In this document: positions 13,101 to 27,406 of the stretch, in pieces
Position numbering within the stretch: the first letter of the stretch is position 1
How the letters are laid out: every line of letters begins with the position of its first letter
NCBI RefSeq assembly: GCF_006345805.1
Contig: NC_043003.1
Location: 51,274,001 to 51,338,000 of the forward strand
DNA length: 64,000 nt
Reading direction: 5' to 3'
Source: Octopus sinensis
Taxonomy: Eukaryota
Program-made: the position numbers and the translations under genes
Notes under the pieces: generated by a model
What the model saw: the letters and a program-made list of their open reading frames with translations, nothing else
What the model was told of the DNA's origin: nothing
The model's database searches: none

Positions 13101-13939
13101 TAAGTTGCAATTGTTAGTATATGGTTAATATGATGACACTATTCATTGTTTGTGGTGACCTACCAAATTAAATGTACTTGGGTGTGTCCATTCAGAGGTT
13201 TGCTATGGTTACCTGAGTTATGTTGGTTGTAACAAGTAAATATGACTTGACACCTTAACATTTAAACTGGCCAGATCTGACCCCTCACACCTATCCTACA
13301 ATGCCATTCTGAAGATAAACTACCACATCACGAAAACCCCAAAGCTATGAATAATGCATGATTAATTCAAAACAATGTCTAAAAATAAGTATTACCTTTA
13401 ACAGAATAGTCTGAATGTGAAATGGTTATATGGTTTGTGTAGCTAGCTTTGGTACCATGGTGTATGTGAATGGAAGATGAATTTCTCTCTCTCTAGATAT
13501 AACAAGAGTTCTTTTATGAACTGATATAAATTTGGGCAAAGTTTTTTGAGTGGTAATGAAAATAAGCAATTGATTGAAATTGGACAGAAATAAGTTCTTG
13601 AAGGTGAAATCTACATGACTCTCCTATTGGAATTCAACTATCTTGTTTCTTAGTCACTCAAGCAGTTGTTTGCACAGAGTGTCTTCCATTTCAACTAACC
13701 ATACTTTATGTATGTCATTAAAAGTACCTAGTTAGACAGGTAACTAGCCCTTGGAGACCCTCTACGTAAAAACTGTATAGAATTTAGAGAAGAATAATGT
13801 ATTAACATATGTCATTAAGATATTTAATGTAACAGTGATTATAAATTCAGAATATTTTCCAACAATATATAATGTATGTCATCAGAAAGTCTACATTTGT
13901 CTTATACAAAAAAAAAAAAACCACTACTTGCTGTCTCTT

Positions 13940-14720
13940 GACAAGAAGTGCGAGTTGTTCTTTGCATCTTCAACATCTGACATCTGCCTCTTGACATCTA
14001 TTGTTTTCCATCTGGACCATTCACTTGACAATGACACTCTGCCACTTTGAGCAGTCCCTGGTGATTGTCTCCCAGATATTTGGGTCAATGAGTCTGCAGA
14101 AGAGAGCGAGCTTAAGCTGGTCTCAGAAGCAGAATTTGAGAGCTCTGCATGGTCTGGGGCCAACTCTACAAAGAGGAGTTGATGGAGGAGGCGTGTTTGA
14201 AGCATACGTATGATGTATTCCAACCAGCATAGGCAGTGTCGTTCCGTGGTAGCTTCAATGCTGGGCACTCCAGCCCAGAGCAGATCGTTTTCATTGGTAA
14301 TATAGTCTTTCAATGAATGCATGAAGTTTGTGCTATTGGAAAGGTTCAATTTTCTTCAAGTCACATTGATACAACACTCTTGTCTCACAGGGGTGTTGTA
14401 GAGGAGTGTGGAGAGAATGACAGCTTGGAAAACCATGATTTTCATTTGGATGATGGCATCATGGTTTAGGAAGACTTGCTTTGAGTTTTCCAAAAGAAGT
14501 ATCGGTTGTGCTGGTCTTATTCTCAATTTCTTTCTGAGTGGTGCAGTTGCTGGACAGGTAGCTTCCAAGGTATGGAAAGGCTTGGCTTCCATGGTCTCCA
14601 AGACAGTGCCACTTAGCCTTAAGTCACTGGTGTCAGAGTAAGATTGAGTGGGGGCTCCCTATACAAGGATCATCTTCTTTACATTTGTGGTCAGACCAAA
14701 GCAGATATAGAAATTTTCGA
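13940..14720 (-). mobile_element. Degenerate RTE (BovB-like) LINE RT C-terminal fragment
   Basis: Minus frames give FGLTTNVKK, NHDAIIQMKIMVFQAVILSTLLY, DYITNENDLL..AGVPSIEA and RMLQTRLLHQLLFVEL, all typical RTE motifs, with frameshifts. Confidence 0.72.
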
Positions 14721-14741
14721 AGCAGTTCACACATACATATA

Positions 14742-15121
14742 CACTACCGTCAGAAATTAATTAGCACCCTTGATTTGCTCTTCACTCAAGGTATGTGCTG
14801 TCACCTAGTGGCCATATCTCAAACTATTGCTTTGTTGCGAGTTCACTGTTGCGCAGAACGATGACGTAACTTTGTTTGCAGAGCAGTTTGAGAGTCTACA
14901 GCCTTATGATGTTGACATAGCAGTGCAACAACAACTTGGAGTGTGGATGCAGACAAATCTTCCTTTGTTTAATAGATATAGGTAGCGCCTCGCAAGGACC
15001 GAAATCACACCATACTAAGTTTTCTCATCGCGTAAGACGTTTTGAACAGCTCATAGGTTAATTGATTTAACCTATTTAATGTAGAAATTTGAGAAGTGCT
15101 AATTAATTTCTGACGCAAGTG
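14742..15121. mobile_element. Tc1/mariner-type MITE, 380 bp
   Basis: ~26-bp TIRs (CACTACCGTCAGAAATTAATTAGCAC versus the reverse complement CACTTGCGTCAGAAATTAATTAGCAC), flanked by TA on both sides. Confidence 0.8.
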
Positions 15122-18100
15122 TATATCTATATCATCGCTTAATGTCCGCCTTACATGATGGCATGGGTGGGATGGTTTGATGAGCTGACCAGGCAGAAGC
15201 CTGCACTAGACTTCTGTAACTGTTTCGGCAGTTATATACAAGCATAAAAATAAATGTATTTTAAATATGTATATATATATATGTTTGTGTCTGTATTTCT
15301 CCATTACCACTTGACAATCGATGTTGGTGTGTTTATGTTGCTGTAACTTAGTGGCAAAAGAGACCAGTGGAATAAGTACCAAGGTTTAAAAGAAAATGAA
15401 ATACCAGTGTTGATTTTCGTTTGACTAAAATTCAAGTCGGTGCTCCAGCTTGGCCACACTCTGACTTAGATAAAAACTAAAATACCCTCAACTCAATGCA
15501 GTTAAAGCATTGCCACAAACGTGGATACAGATTCAATAGCTACCTGCATTAACCATGCACTGTACATTCTTGTCTTCAAAGCTGGCAATGGTTGAGATCA
15601 GAGGTATAAAGTTGGGTGCTATTTTTGAGAACTGTTCCCCACTCGCAGGTATTTCTGAACAAGTTGTCCATAATAGCCCCCAATTGTTTTGATCCAAAAT
15701 TCCTATGTCCTTGGAATATACATAGTCCAAGGTATATTTGTAGAGAATTTCATTAAAAAATATCCATTTTCTTGAAAGTTAAGACGAATTGAAGTGGACT
15801 CCAGTGAATTTTTCTGAAATTCCCCAACCCACTCCCTCCTAAAACACTTTTCCCCCAAATGGATTTGGTATATGAAAACTGTAGGAACCCATCATGTATA
15901 TACGTGTGCACATGTGTGTGTAAATGTTTACATTCTACATCCTCATATTAAAATTGTTGAGCAAAAGCTGGTGATATTCGGTTGACATAACCTGTTAATA
16001 TGTCCAGAACTCTCCTTTTTTGAAGAGGAGTGGAATAAAAACAATTTCATTACTTGAAAATTAGATAAGATTTAGTGACATTAAGGGCATTCGACTGTAA
16101 AAACATGCTTCACTATGTATTTGTGTCCAATTCATGCTAGCAATGACAATCTGACATAAAATAAATGAACAAACATCAAGCCAAGTGAAATCGTAGTCAT
16201 GATCGATGCCAATGCCATGTAACTGGCACTTGTGCCAGTGACATGTAAAAAGCACCCTTCAAACATTGGGCCTCACAGAAGCAGTAACAAGTGACTGAGA
16301 CCCTTGGTGATATACCATGCTTGAGAAGACCTGTCAAGCTAAGTGAGATCATAACCATGGCCAGTGCTGATGTTCTGTAACTGACACCTGTGCCAGTGAC
16401 ACATAAAAGGCACCCACTACACTCAGAGTGGTTGGCATTAGGAATAGCATCCAACTGTAGAAACCATGCCAAATCAGATTGGAACCTGGTGCAGCTCCCC
16501 ATCTTACCAGTTTTCAGTCAGATTGTCCAGCCCATGCCAGCATGGAATAGGGACGTCGAATGAAACCGGCTCTGGCTCTGAGTACAAATGTCTTGTTTTC
16601 ATAAGTTTTGAATCAAAATCTTCCACCAAACCGTAGTCACAATTTATGTTCCTAATTCTAGCTTAATGATAACTAAGTTGTTTTATTAAATTCCTTATTA
16701 TATTCAAAGTAATTGAAAGAAACACAGATCATCTCAAAATAAATACAGTCACGAAAGGGTTAAATATGTATGCATGCACTGAACCTACCCTTGCACAATT
16801 TTCATTTACCAAATTTCAGTCAGATGTGTTTTGGTCTACCCAAGTTTATACAGTAAATAGTTGACTCTTGCCCAGAGTGTCACACTGTTGCATTGAAACT
16901 GGGTTCTCATAGTTGAGAAATAGGCTTCTTAATTACACACACACACACTAAATATTAATTTGCTGGTGAATTTAGTGTGCTTTGTATTGTTGTTTGTAGG
17001 AAGGCAATAATTTTTTTCACACATTAAAGTAGTTTTATTGTTATGTCACTAACAAGGTAGGTTTGTTAGAGATTTTTGTCCAGATGTCATGTACTTTCAT
17101 AAAACACACACACACACTTACATTTTCTATATCTGAATAGTGTGTCAATTTACAAATCAACATTGAAAAGATACATATTATGGTCACCTCAGTGTGTCTG
17201 GTTATATTCTTTTATTCATTTACTTTTTTCAATCAATTGACTGCAGCCATGCTGAAACACCACCTTGGAGGGATTTAGTTGAAAAAAATTGACCCAAGAC
17301 TTATTCTTTGTAAACCTAGTATTATTCCAGTGGTCTCTTGTGCCAAAATGCTAAATTACAGGAGACGTAAACACACTAGCATTAAGTACAAACACATACA
17401 TACACACAAGCATACATTTATATATGTGACAGGCTTCTTTCTGTGGGGCAGGGCAAAGACACGCTCACATAAATATATATATCATTATTATGCAAAAGTG
17501 TTGTAAGTACAAAACATTGCTTTTTCAGAAAACAAAAAAATAGTTTCACTATTCCATTTCTTTTTACATTAGTAATAGTTTCAGCTTAACAGTAATACTT
17601 TGTTGGTTGCATAAAATCATAACTCCATGAATGTTTCCTGTCAGAAATACTTTTGCAAAAAAAAAACTGGGGCTTACTACACTTTTGAAAAATGCTATAC
17701 CATTTGTACTACACATTGACAATTCTCATTTGAAGGAGCTGGAGATAATAGTTTGACCAAAAATCTGGTTACTGCAAGCCAAATTAAATATTGAAAAAAA
17801 AACACATTTGGTTAAATTTGGACATATGACAGTTTAACATAATAGCAACAATATATATATATATGATAGGCTTCTTTCAGTTTCCATCGACCAGATCCAA
17901 TCACAAGGCTTTGGTCAGCCCAAGGTGCCATGTTGTGGGACTGAATCCGGAACCATGTGGCTGAGAAGCAAGCTTTTTACCACACAGTCACGCCTATATA
18001 TATATATATGTTTATTTCCTCATATTCCTTTCTGTTGAAGACCATAGGCTCGAAACATAAAAGACGTTTGCACTTTCCCAAGTGTCAAACTAATACACTT

Positions 18101-18374
18101 GCTTGTTATATATATGTATATCAGTTCGTTTTGCAAGATTCCTGATGTGAAATCGGATGTTGAAACTGATGTTGTTGTATTTCGGGATGGTCTTTATATT
18201 TATTTTTTTTTACCAAATAAACTTATGCACTATATATTCTTTTACTTGTTTCAGTCATTTGACTGTGGCCATGCTGGAGCTAATGAAGTTCATAAAATAA
18301 TCATTTATTCTTTTGTCATAGCTCTTATTACTGCTTTATACTTGGCTTACACTTACGTGTGTGTGTGTATGTAT

Positions 18375-18680
18375 GGCAATTTTGAGAAGGACTGAGAGAG
18401 CAATGGTGAAAGAAATGTGTGGCATGAGGCTGTTTGATAAAAGGGGGACTGAGGGCTTGATGGGGTTGAAGGAATTAGTGGAACGGCTGGCAAATGCGAA
18501 TGGATTGCAGTGGTACGTGTTGGGGAGGTATGAGGAGCATGTTCTGAATAGGGTGCTAGAGTTTCAGGTAAATGGACAGCAAAAGCGAGGAAGATGTGGA
18601 GGAGATTGGGAGGGTTGGCTTGAGAAAGGAGGACAACCAAAACCAGGCAAGATGGTGTGAGGGTAGTTGCTATGGCATTG
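18375..18680 (+). mobile_element. Degenerate RTE-X LINE 3' fragment
   Basis: ORF text ILRRTERAMVKEMCG...ERLANANGLQWY...VLEFQVNGQQKRGR. Confidence 0.7.
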
Positions 18681-19725
18681 AGGTAGATCCGGCCACCCCA
18701 ATCAACGGGGACAAAACCCAGATTTAAAATGATGGATGATGATGATACATATACACACACACACACACATACATATGATGAATTTCTTTCAGTTTCTATT
18801 TCCCAAATACTCTCACAAAGTTTTGATTGGCTTGAGTTTAAATGGAGATTTTATATTCTTGCTATCATGGATTTCTTCATTCTCCTACTTCAAATAAACT
18901 ACTTATTTTGCACATTAGGATTTCTCTTCTATTCCAATTGTACTATTGTCTAAATGTCAGAAAAACATCAAAGGAACTTGGCTTTCTTATGACAGAAATT
19001 ACTTGTTCTCTACAAGGCCCCAAATTTATACCCCATTCTCTGCCTGGAAACATATTTTGGGTAGCACATCCTGTGATAGCTGACATTCCAAGTTGGCCAA
19101 TGACATAGCCACTCTGCAGTCATGTGATCTAGAAATAGTACTAGATATACAATGTCTGAAAAGTGTTTTCTGTGACTGGATATACCTTTCAACATAGGTC
19201 AGCTGGCTGAGAGTTATTCTGAAGTTAAGGAAAGTATTGCCCCAAAACTCTCCAGATTACATTTTGATTGATATGTAGGGAGAAGCCAGTGTGTCTTATA
19301 TTTAGTTTGAAATGTTGGAAGTGAAACAGGGCACAGTGAGATATGTAACTGTTTCAGGAATAAGAGAGACAGTAGTGAAAATGGGAGATGGTAAAGTTTT
19401 CAGTCACAAAGATTATTTTGGTAGTTGTAGTAGAGATTTAGAGAAGACACTGTTTCATAGACAAGCATGTATTAAATATATTCGGTGACTGGCTGTTGGT
19501 GATTGTTTCCAAATCTGTTTTGATTATGCAGCATTCTAGCTCTGAGCATCCACACACAGCACTCTCTCTCTCCATCCACAGAATTACTGGATTACTCTTG
19601 TTCACTATGTCCTCTTTTTTTTTAAGGTGCTAGGTTTGATTTGAATGAAATTTAGTTACTATTTCTAGTAATTTGTTGGCTTGAAATGATGAGCTTCAAT
19701 TATCAAGTGAATAGCTTTATACATT

Positions 19726-20072
19726 TTTTTTTACTTGTTTCAGTCATTTGGTTGCGGACATGCTGGAGCACCACCTTTAGTCGAACGAATCGACCCCAGG
19801 ACTTATTCTTTGTAAGCCCGGCACTTATTCTATTGGCCTCTTTTGCCGAACCGCTAAGTTATGGAGATGTAAACACACCAACATCAGTTGTGAAGCGATG
19901 ATGGCGATACAAATATACATACATACAACAGCTTCTTTCAGTTTCTGTGTACCAAATCCACTCACAAGGCTTTTAGTCAGCTCGAAGGCACTTGCCCAAG
20001 GTGCCACGCAGTGGGACTGTACCCAGAACCATGTGGTTGGGAAGCAAGCTTCTTATTACACAGCCATGCTTG
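19726..20072 (-). mobile_element. tRNA-derived SINE family A; near-full copies also ~32386-32776(-) and ~36009-36432(-); partial copies at ~918-1240, 15300-15480, 17215-17395, 17865-17995, 33420-33610, 33850-34005 and 40755-40950
   Basis: A/B-box-like head (GGCTGTGTGGTAAG..GGTTC..GTCCC), CCTTGGGCAAG, internal (TA/CA)n, and tail ..ATGACTGAAACAAGTAAAA. Confidence 0.85.
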
Positions 20073-21744
20073 CTTTTCTTTTTCTATTTTAGTGTTGTTT
20101 GTTTATGTATTATGTGATTAATATTATAATAGGATGAATTTATGGTAAGTATGAGATATGTAAGAACTATAACTTTAATCAGTGGAATTCATGTGTTTCC
20201 ATATTTTTCAGTAAGTGAGAGAGAGAGAGAAATAGAGAGACAAACAGACAGATAGGATGGTGATATTAAGGGCTTCAGAAATGTCATACCCATCGACTAC
20301 TGCTGTACTTATACATTTCCTTCTGAATTTGTTGGCTATTACTTTCTACTTGAAATGATCTGTTTTATCTTCCTTCTCCAAAAAAACATACAAAATTTTT
20401 CATGTAATCCAGACAGTTATTACTCAATTGTGATCTTTGCTGCTTCACATTAATTTTTACTTCCCAATTTTGAGCCTCCGTGTGCTCAGAGGAATGCCCC
20501 ATATTACTCACACAAACAAGCACAAAGGTTATATATAAAAGTACAGCTCTGGAACCACTTAATATAAAGCTTTCATTGATAGTGTTAAAATATATTTACT
20601 GTAAATCAATAAGTAAAATATTAACTGTAAAGCTGTTGCAGGGTTTGATTTTTCAATAGTTTCATGCGTTAGTTGACACATTAGGTATTAATGTTGCAGT
20701 GGTTGAAGTAAAGTACCCTGCTACTGTTGTCACATATAGCTATATTGATATATACTAGCACAGAAAAGCTGATATGACAATGACAATATTGGTGACATAT
20801 ATATTTTCAATTTTCCAAAGCTGGGGCTTCATTTTGTTACTATTCTGTTTCACTTTTTCTTTTATGTCCTTCTTGGAAAAACCCCACTACATGTATTCAG
20901 TACATTTTTCTCTTATCTAAATTCACACTAACACACACACACACACACACTTTCTATCTGCCATGTAGGAGTGTGATATTCTATCCAAGACCATCTGTCA
21001 TTATTCAGGCACAGTGTATCTAAAATTACATTATCCAGTGTAGTCCTCCTTTTTTAAAGACAACTCTGTGTGATTTGAGGACATTTGGCTGCTATTTCAA
21101 GCCAGTTGAGTGATCTTGTGGAGGCTTTGTTAGTTTCATGTTGTGACAGTAGAAATGAACTCCAGGTGAATCCATGAAGCCTTATTATAATTGTGTTACA
21201 GAGACAAGGAGGAAGTATATTGGCTGATATATCTTAATGTTCTAAAGTGTGTTTGTATGTGTGGACCACAGCATGCATATCTTTGAATTTCTGTTTATCT
21301 GACCTGGCTGCTTTGTACCACTTCTATAAATGACAGCTGCGATATGATACAATCTAAGATTGTGAGATGTATTCCACTTGATCGATAGCTTGTTTAAACA
21401 ATTTCTCTTCTGATTCTCAACTTTGCCATTTGAAATAAACTTAATTCAACCATTTTCCCTATACCAATACCATTTGTGTGTGTGTACATGTGTGTATTAA
21501 TATGTATGTATATATATATATATAAACACACACAGTATCTGTGTACATACATTTTGTGTGTGAGAGTGTACATTTAATGTATGAAGTTGTGTACCAGTGT
21601 ATATATACATGTGTATATCTGAAAGAGCTTACTTTCAAAACCAGATATATGCATTCAGAATGACTTCTGAGTAATTGTAACACACGAACACACATAAAGA
21701 CATTGACTTTGATATAATAGGTATGAATATGCACATATACATAC

Positions 21745-21777
<33 letters not shown>

Positions 21778-21780
<3 letters not shown>

Positions 21781-22156
21781 TTATATATAAAACTGTAGTT
21801 GTGTAAGTGTCTGTCCCCTTCGATTTAGATTCCTAACTACTCCCACATTTTGCAGTGCAGTTTAACCAAAACCGGGTATCTTATAGTCGTGATTCATATC
21901 GAGCCCTTCTGGGTATTAGCATGAGTCTACGATTTTAAAAATAATTTACCATCATTTTTTTCCAGTTTAAGGCATATTTTTTTTAAAGGGAAGTAACTCT
22001 AAAAATGTCTACGATGAGTCAACGATTTAAAAAAAATTTACCATCATATTTTTCCATTTTTAATGCATTTTTTTGCTACTTTTTGGCTATAACTCTCTAA
22101 AAATGCTTTATAGTTATTTCCCTTACAAACCCGAGCAACGCCAGGCGATACTGCTA

Positions 22157-22157
<1 letters not shown>
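21778..22157 (+). mobile_element. Non-autonomous Helitron-like element
   Basis: A|TC-TTTATATATAAAA 5' end. The 3' end is CCCGAGCAACGCCAGG..CTGCTAG|T. Inserted in an (AT)n tract, no TSD, with an internal ~60-bp duplication. Confidence 0.72.
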
Positions 22158-22209
<52 letters not shown>

Positions 22210-22249
22210 TACACACACCCACACAAAGATAAATTGATAGATATGATAG

Positions 22250-22448
22250 GTGAAATGCTTAGCGGTATTTTGTCTGCCGCTATGTTCTGAGTTCAAATTC
22301 TGCCAAGGTCGACTTTGTCTTTTATCCTTTCAGGGTCAATTAAATAAGTACCAGTTATGCACTGGTGTCGATATAATTGACTTAATCCCTTTGTCTGTCC
22401 TTGTTTGTCCCCTCTGTGTGTAGCCCCTTGTGGGCAGTGAAGAAATAA
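22250..22448 (+). mobile_element. SINE family B (GGCAGCGAGCTGGCAGAA head; ACTTTGCCTTTCATCCTTTCGGGGTCGA core); also ~34208-34590 and ~37346-37745, each followed by a partial tandem copy
   Basis: Conserved GTTCTGAGTTCAAATTCTGCC B-box-like segment and shared core/tail across copies. Confidence 0.82.
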
Positions 22449-22507
22449 GAATTGGTTGATGTCCACTTTGCTCAATATTTTAACTGTTTTGTTTTGATGT
22501 TTTACAG

Positions 22508-22607
22508 AACCTCAATGCTTGCCGGAGGGGATGTCGTTTGTTTTATGTTTGCAAGTTGAGCCATAACAACCAGCGACTTAATGATACAAACATGGAATGC
22601 TTTAATG
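22508..22607 (+). CDS. TMEM59: TMEM59-family coding exon (NLNACRRGCRLFYVCKLSHNNQRLNDTNMECFN)
   Basis: tttacag acceptor and G|GTGAGA donor; 100 nt, phase 0 to 1. The Cys pattern matches TMEM59 'ACQRGCRLFSICQF...TKLEC', recalled from the human protein. Confidence 0.88.
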
Positions 22608-24541
22608 GTGAGACAATCTTAAATAATCTTATTGTGTTAGCTTATATTAACTATGTAAAAATATTTCTTTCATTTCTAGATACAGAACTGCATTATCCAA
22701 TGTGTCTCTCCTTTTTAAGATGGCAGGATGTGATTGGAGGAAGATGTGGCTGCTACTTCTAGCAGGTCACACTCACTGATAGAAAATTGATATCACTCTG
22801 AATCCATAGCACCTAACTGGACATGTTTTTCATGTTTTTCTGTCTTTGTACATTGCCGAACTCTCTATCCAAGCACTTGATCATCTGTCCTTCTTTGCTA
22901 TCATCAAGCTCAGTCAGACTATGTTCATCCATGATCATCCCATTATCTACACTTAATCCAACAACTGTCAACCCTAGTTCCATTAGACCTTGTCCAGGCA
23001 CTTCATCATTTATTTCTTTCCCAGCTACCATGAACCCTAGTTTATCAGACCATTTCTAACTACTTCCATCTTTGAGCTGCAGGGGAGCCTGTATGGGATC
23101 AGTCAATGTACTAAAAATAGCTATGTCTCCTTCAAATCACAACCTACTGTCTTAAAAAGAGGAAACATGTCTCCAAGAAAATTATCTTGGATATATTATG
23201 TCTATAAAGTTGATCAGTGCTTGAAATTCTATTTTTTCTAGAGCTGGTCTATTCTGGATGACCTGGAGCTAAACAACATCAACTTTATCATCTACTTTTA
23301 TCTCAGCTACCATCACCAACCCTATCTCTCTTAGATAATAACCAATCACTTCCTTATCCCCCTACTCCTATTTAAACTACCTCTACTATCATTGATGATC
23401 ATTTGATTCATAGTTCACTACCATATTTTCTGGCATACAAGTCAGTGTAGCATATAGTGTAAAAATATAATATAAACACTGAAACACCATCACTATCTTT
23501 CCACATCCTGCTGCATTTCACATGGAAGTTTTGGTTCTCTGAATTCGTTTTGTCGTATAAATCAACCTTACCTGTTTTGGCTGTAAATTTTGGTCTGAAA
23601 ATGTCAACTTGTATGCTGGAAAATACTTCATTGTAGCACTCTCCCACCTCTTCCTTGACTTTTTGTTCCAGTCACTATCAATCACTCTTTTGTACCTTTT
23701 AAAACAATTGCACAACTCATTTTCTCCCACATCACTACACTCGCGGAGTGGTTGGCGTTAGGAAGGGCATCCAGCCATAGAAACACTGCCAGATCAGACT
23801 GGGCCTGATGCAGCCTTCTGGCTTCACAGACCCCGGTCAAACCGTCCAACCCATGCTAGCATGGAAAACGGATGCTAAATGATGATGATGATCATCATCA
23901 TCATATTTACTCACTTTGTTGTTCATTCTGAGATGAGATTAAGATTAATTATTTTTAATTGGGTTCATTAATGTTACTATTTATATTAATTTTGCTGTTT
24001 TTTAGTTGGTGTATTTACTCAGCCATATTCTGGTGTTATCATATTTGCAATATTGAGTGGGGCTTTTTTTTTTTTTTTAAATAAATCTACTATTACCTGC
24101 TGTATGCAATAAAGCTGTGTGTAACCTAAAAGAGTGTGTATATACATAAAATCTAGCAACAGAAGCCAGAAATGATATAACTGTTGCAATGTGTATGTAA
24201 TAGGAGAAAATATAAGGTAAAAAAATGTCCAGTTAGCTTTTATATTAGAACTTACCTCAGAACTCTAGGATTACAAATGTCCCTGTTCAGTCCATACAAT
24301 AATGCTATGAAGCAATTTATCTAGGCAGAAATCGTTACTGTACAGTATTACTTTGATACAATACCTGGGCACTGATGGGTACCTCTGCCAGTATGTAAAT
24401 GTAGTAATAAACATTTTGTCTTCTATCTGTAAATGCTAAATTTCAACATGTTATGTGACTGAATTCTTTTAACACATACAGAACTAATTGCAAAGACAAT
24501 GATGGTTTGTTTTGTTTGTTTTTCTTCTCATTCTATTCTAG

Positions 24542-24639
24542 TATGCCATGAAGCATATGCCAACATAACAGCTGAAAAATCTGCATGCCGACATGGTTGC
24601 AGCAGTGCACTTCCTCTGGCAGAACAACGAGAGAAAGAG
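24542..24639 (+). CDS. TMEM59: TMEM59-family coding exon (VCHEAYANITAEKSACRHGCSSALPLAEQREKE)
   Basis: ttctag acceptor and GAG|GTAAAT donor; 98 nt, phase 1 to 0. Aligns with human 'ACTEAY...ACHLGCQNQLPFAELRQEQ'. Confidence 0.88.
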
Positions 24640-25514
24640 GTAAATGAAGATGTGTTGTCAATCTCTGAACACCGAGATAACCATTTGTCATAAACAGATA
24701 TCTGCTATTAGTTGTGTGTTAGAACTACACAAAACAATGTATACTCCATACAGTGGGGGTGGGCAGCGAGGCCTTAATTCCTAATGGAGTTGTAGTGGGT
24801 GCCGTTGTAACATACATGTCCACAGCAACCCCCCTCCATATAAACTGATGCTGTAACCTGGATCATCTATTATGCTACTTAGTGACGTATACCTTCTAAA
24901 ACTTTGCAATGATGCAAGACTCACCATCAAGAATATGAGCCCTGTCTATTTAAGTGCACTTAATATTTGCTGATGACAGTTGTTTCACACCCAAAATACC
25001 TCTGAACCCAACCGATTTCCAAAGACTGTTATCTTTGTCCTTTATATATCCAAATGATTACAGAATACACACACAATATACTTATAGCTAACGAAGGAGC
25101 CTTTTTGTGGAAGGATGGACATACTTTCTGTGTTGCCATCATTTAAATCTCTAGCTTTTTTGTTTGCTCGGAAACCAGTCAAAATTTGTTTAACGGTCAC
25201 CATCAAAGTGTCTGTGCATGGTTACTCAGTTTGTTAAAAATAGCAACCAAAACTCTTCAATATACAAAAAGTAATATATTTGTGGTTAGAACACCTTTTC
25301 TTATTTAATTAATTTGGGTGAGTCCTGAATGAGTTGATAATGATCACAACTAGAACATCAAACTAACTGAAAAAGTTGTGTTTTGGTCCATACCTTGTTC
25401 TGATTAAGAAACATCTTTATCAGTGAAGTAATTCTGCAACCTATTTCAGCTCCATAGTGATTGTTCATCTACAAAATCATTCTTCACTTTATATATAAAA
25501 TATGGAGCCTTCAT

Positions 25515-25550
<36 letters not shown>

Positions 25551-26002
25551 TGGAATCAGTAAATCACTGTGAGCCAATATTTCTGCACTGACTGAACCCA
25601 CTTTATCTTTCCTCTAAGGCAGTTATGATGTAATCATTACCATAGCTGCTGTACATTCAGGAATGAGTTGCATTTTGAATTGAGGCTGTCAAGTTTTTCT
25701 TAATGTTCTTACATTCATAAGTCGAACTTAAGACAAGGCAAATAGATTGCTGATGTAAAGGTTAAAAGTTCAGATCTTAAACCTAATTGTTGCATTTGAA
25801 TTCATAGATAATGAATTTTAAAGATTGAGTTGAAATACTGTTAAATTTCCTTTGATTGTATATAACTAGCTTATAAACTAATACATATTCCATCAATTTC
25901 CATAGTATATAACCATTATATTTTAACACCCCTAGTTCATAACTAGTATATATTTCATCAGCTCTTTCCTCTAACTTTTATTAACAACCTCAGAAATGGA
26001 AC

Positions 26003-26035
<33 letters not shown>

Positions 26036-26633
26036 ATATAAAGACACAAGGGGTTTTCGTCAGGGTGACTCAACCCGATAGGTATGCCACTTAAATTCTT
26101 GTGTGAATGGCAGTTGAAGTTGTGGTCTTGTGATTACCTTATCCAAAATGACTAGAAGTGTTTCCCCCTTCGAGTCAGTTGGAACTGCTAACATCTATTT
26201 TTTTCCCTTCACAATGGATTACTATCTAACCATTCTCTCTGACCATGGATTTACCTAACGAGCACCCAGTCTCATTGGATCTAACTGGGCTTGTTTGGAT
26301 ATCTTCTCCCTCTCTGGGCTTGAGGAACCACAACTATCATTGATGATGAACTTTTATTCCACTGTTACATATATTTAATCTAGCTCTCTCTGATGACAGG
26401 ACACTCAGCATATGGGGTCTTTGCTCTGCATGATGTCCCAATAGCTGGGATATCCCAGAAACAGCTGTCAGAGACTATCTCTACCTTTCATTATATAACT
26501 AAATTAAAATAAATGCCCTTGTCCAGTCTTACCAATTTGTTTGCCTCTCCTTTTTACTTTAACCTGTATATATATAAAAGCTCTATAGTTATATCAGTGT
26601 TATAATATGTTTAATCATTTTATGTAATTTTAG

Positions 26634-26841
26634 AAGGATGAGGAATCTGAACCTCGCATTCATCTTCTCTACCCACTGATGTATGTACATGGACTGTACA
26701 GCAACATGATACACAGGGTTTACAGACAGATGAGCATCAGTTGGTCTTTCTATATGCAAGGAGACAATGGTAATCTTATCGTGATGCGATCAAAACCTAA
26801 GGTTTATGTGGAGTACCGTGGCTTTGACAGTGATGGTGATG
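26634..26841 (+). CDS. TMEM59: TMEM59-family coding exon (KDEESEPRIHLLYPLMYVHGLYSNMIHRVYRQMSISWSFYMQGDNGNLIVMRSKPKVY...)
   Basis: ttttag acceptor and G|GTAAGT donor; 208 nt, phase 0 to 1. SWSFYMQGDNGNLIVMRSKP matches the BSMAP hallmark SWTFYLQADDGKIVIFQSKP. Confidence 0.92.
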
Positions 26842-27406
26842 GTAAGTCTATACAGTCTTTGACTTTATTGTTGTTTAATCCCATACCTGATTTATCTAAC
26901 CTATAATCGAAAATGTTCCAGCTGTGACCATTATGCCTTTTGTCCAGGCATACAGTTATTTTATCAACTCTGGAAGGATTTTTGGTACTGTGACCATAGA
27001 TAGGATTTGAACTCAAAATGCTAGAAGAAATGCTGCAAGGCATGTTCTAATGGTTTGGCCAATATAAATAAATATTTGTTGCTATTATGGCCTAAACAAT
27101 AATTAAACTATGTTCCTACTAAAATATGAGTTTTTTTTCCTTGGTTATCATTACATCTAAAGATGTGCACATTTTGTTCTGTGTTGCCATCATTTAAGTC
27201 TCTAGCTGTTTTTGTTTGCTCAGTGGGTAACATGTCAAGATTTGTTTGCTGTGCATGGTTGCTCAGCCTGTTAAAAATAGCTGCCAAATTTTTCAGATAA
27301 CAAAGGACACATTGAATGATATAATCTTGGATGTACTCTACCTAGCAAAAGGTCTCCTTTAGTTTATTTTTTCTAACTACCTCCTTTTTTTTTCTTTATA
27401 TTTCAG

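Noticed and set aside
15533-15730. Minus-strand 65-aa ORF as an exon of an antisense gene
   Set aside because: No acceptor, no recognisable domain and no partner exons.
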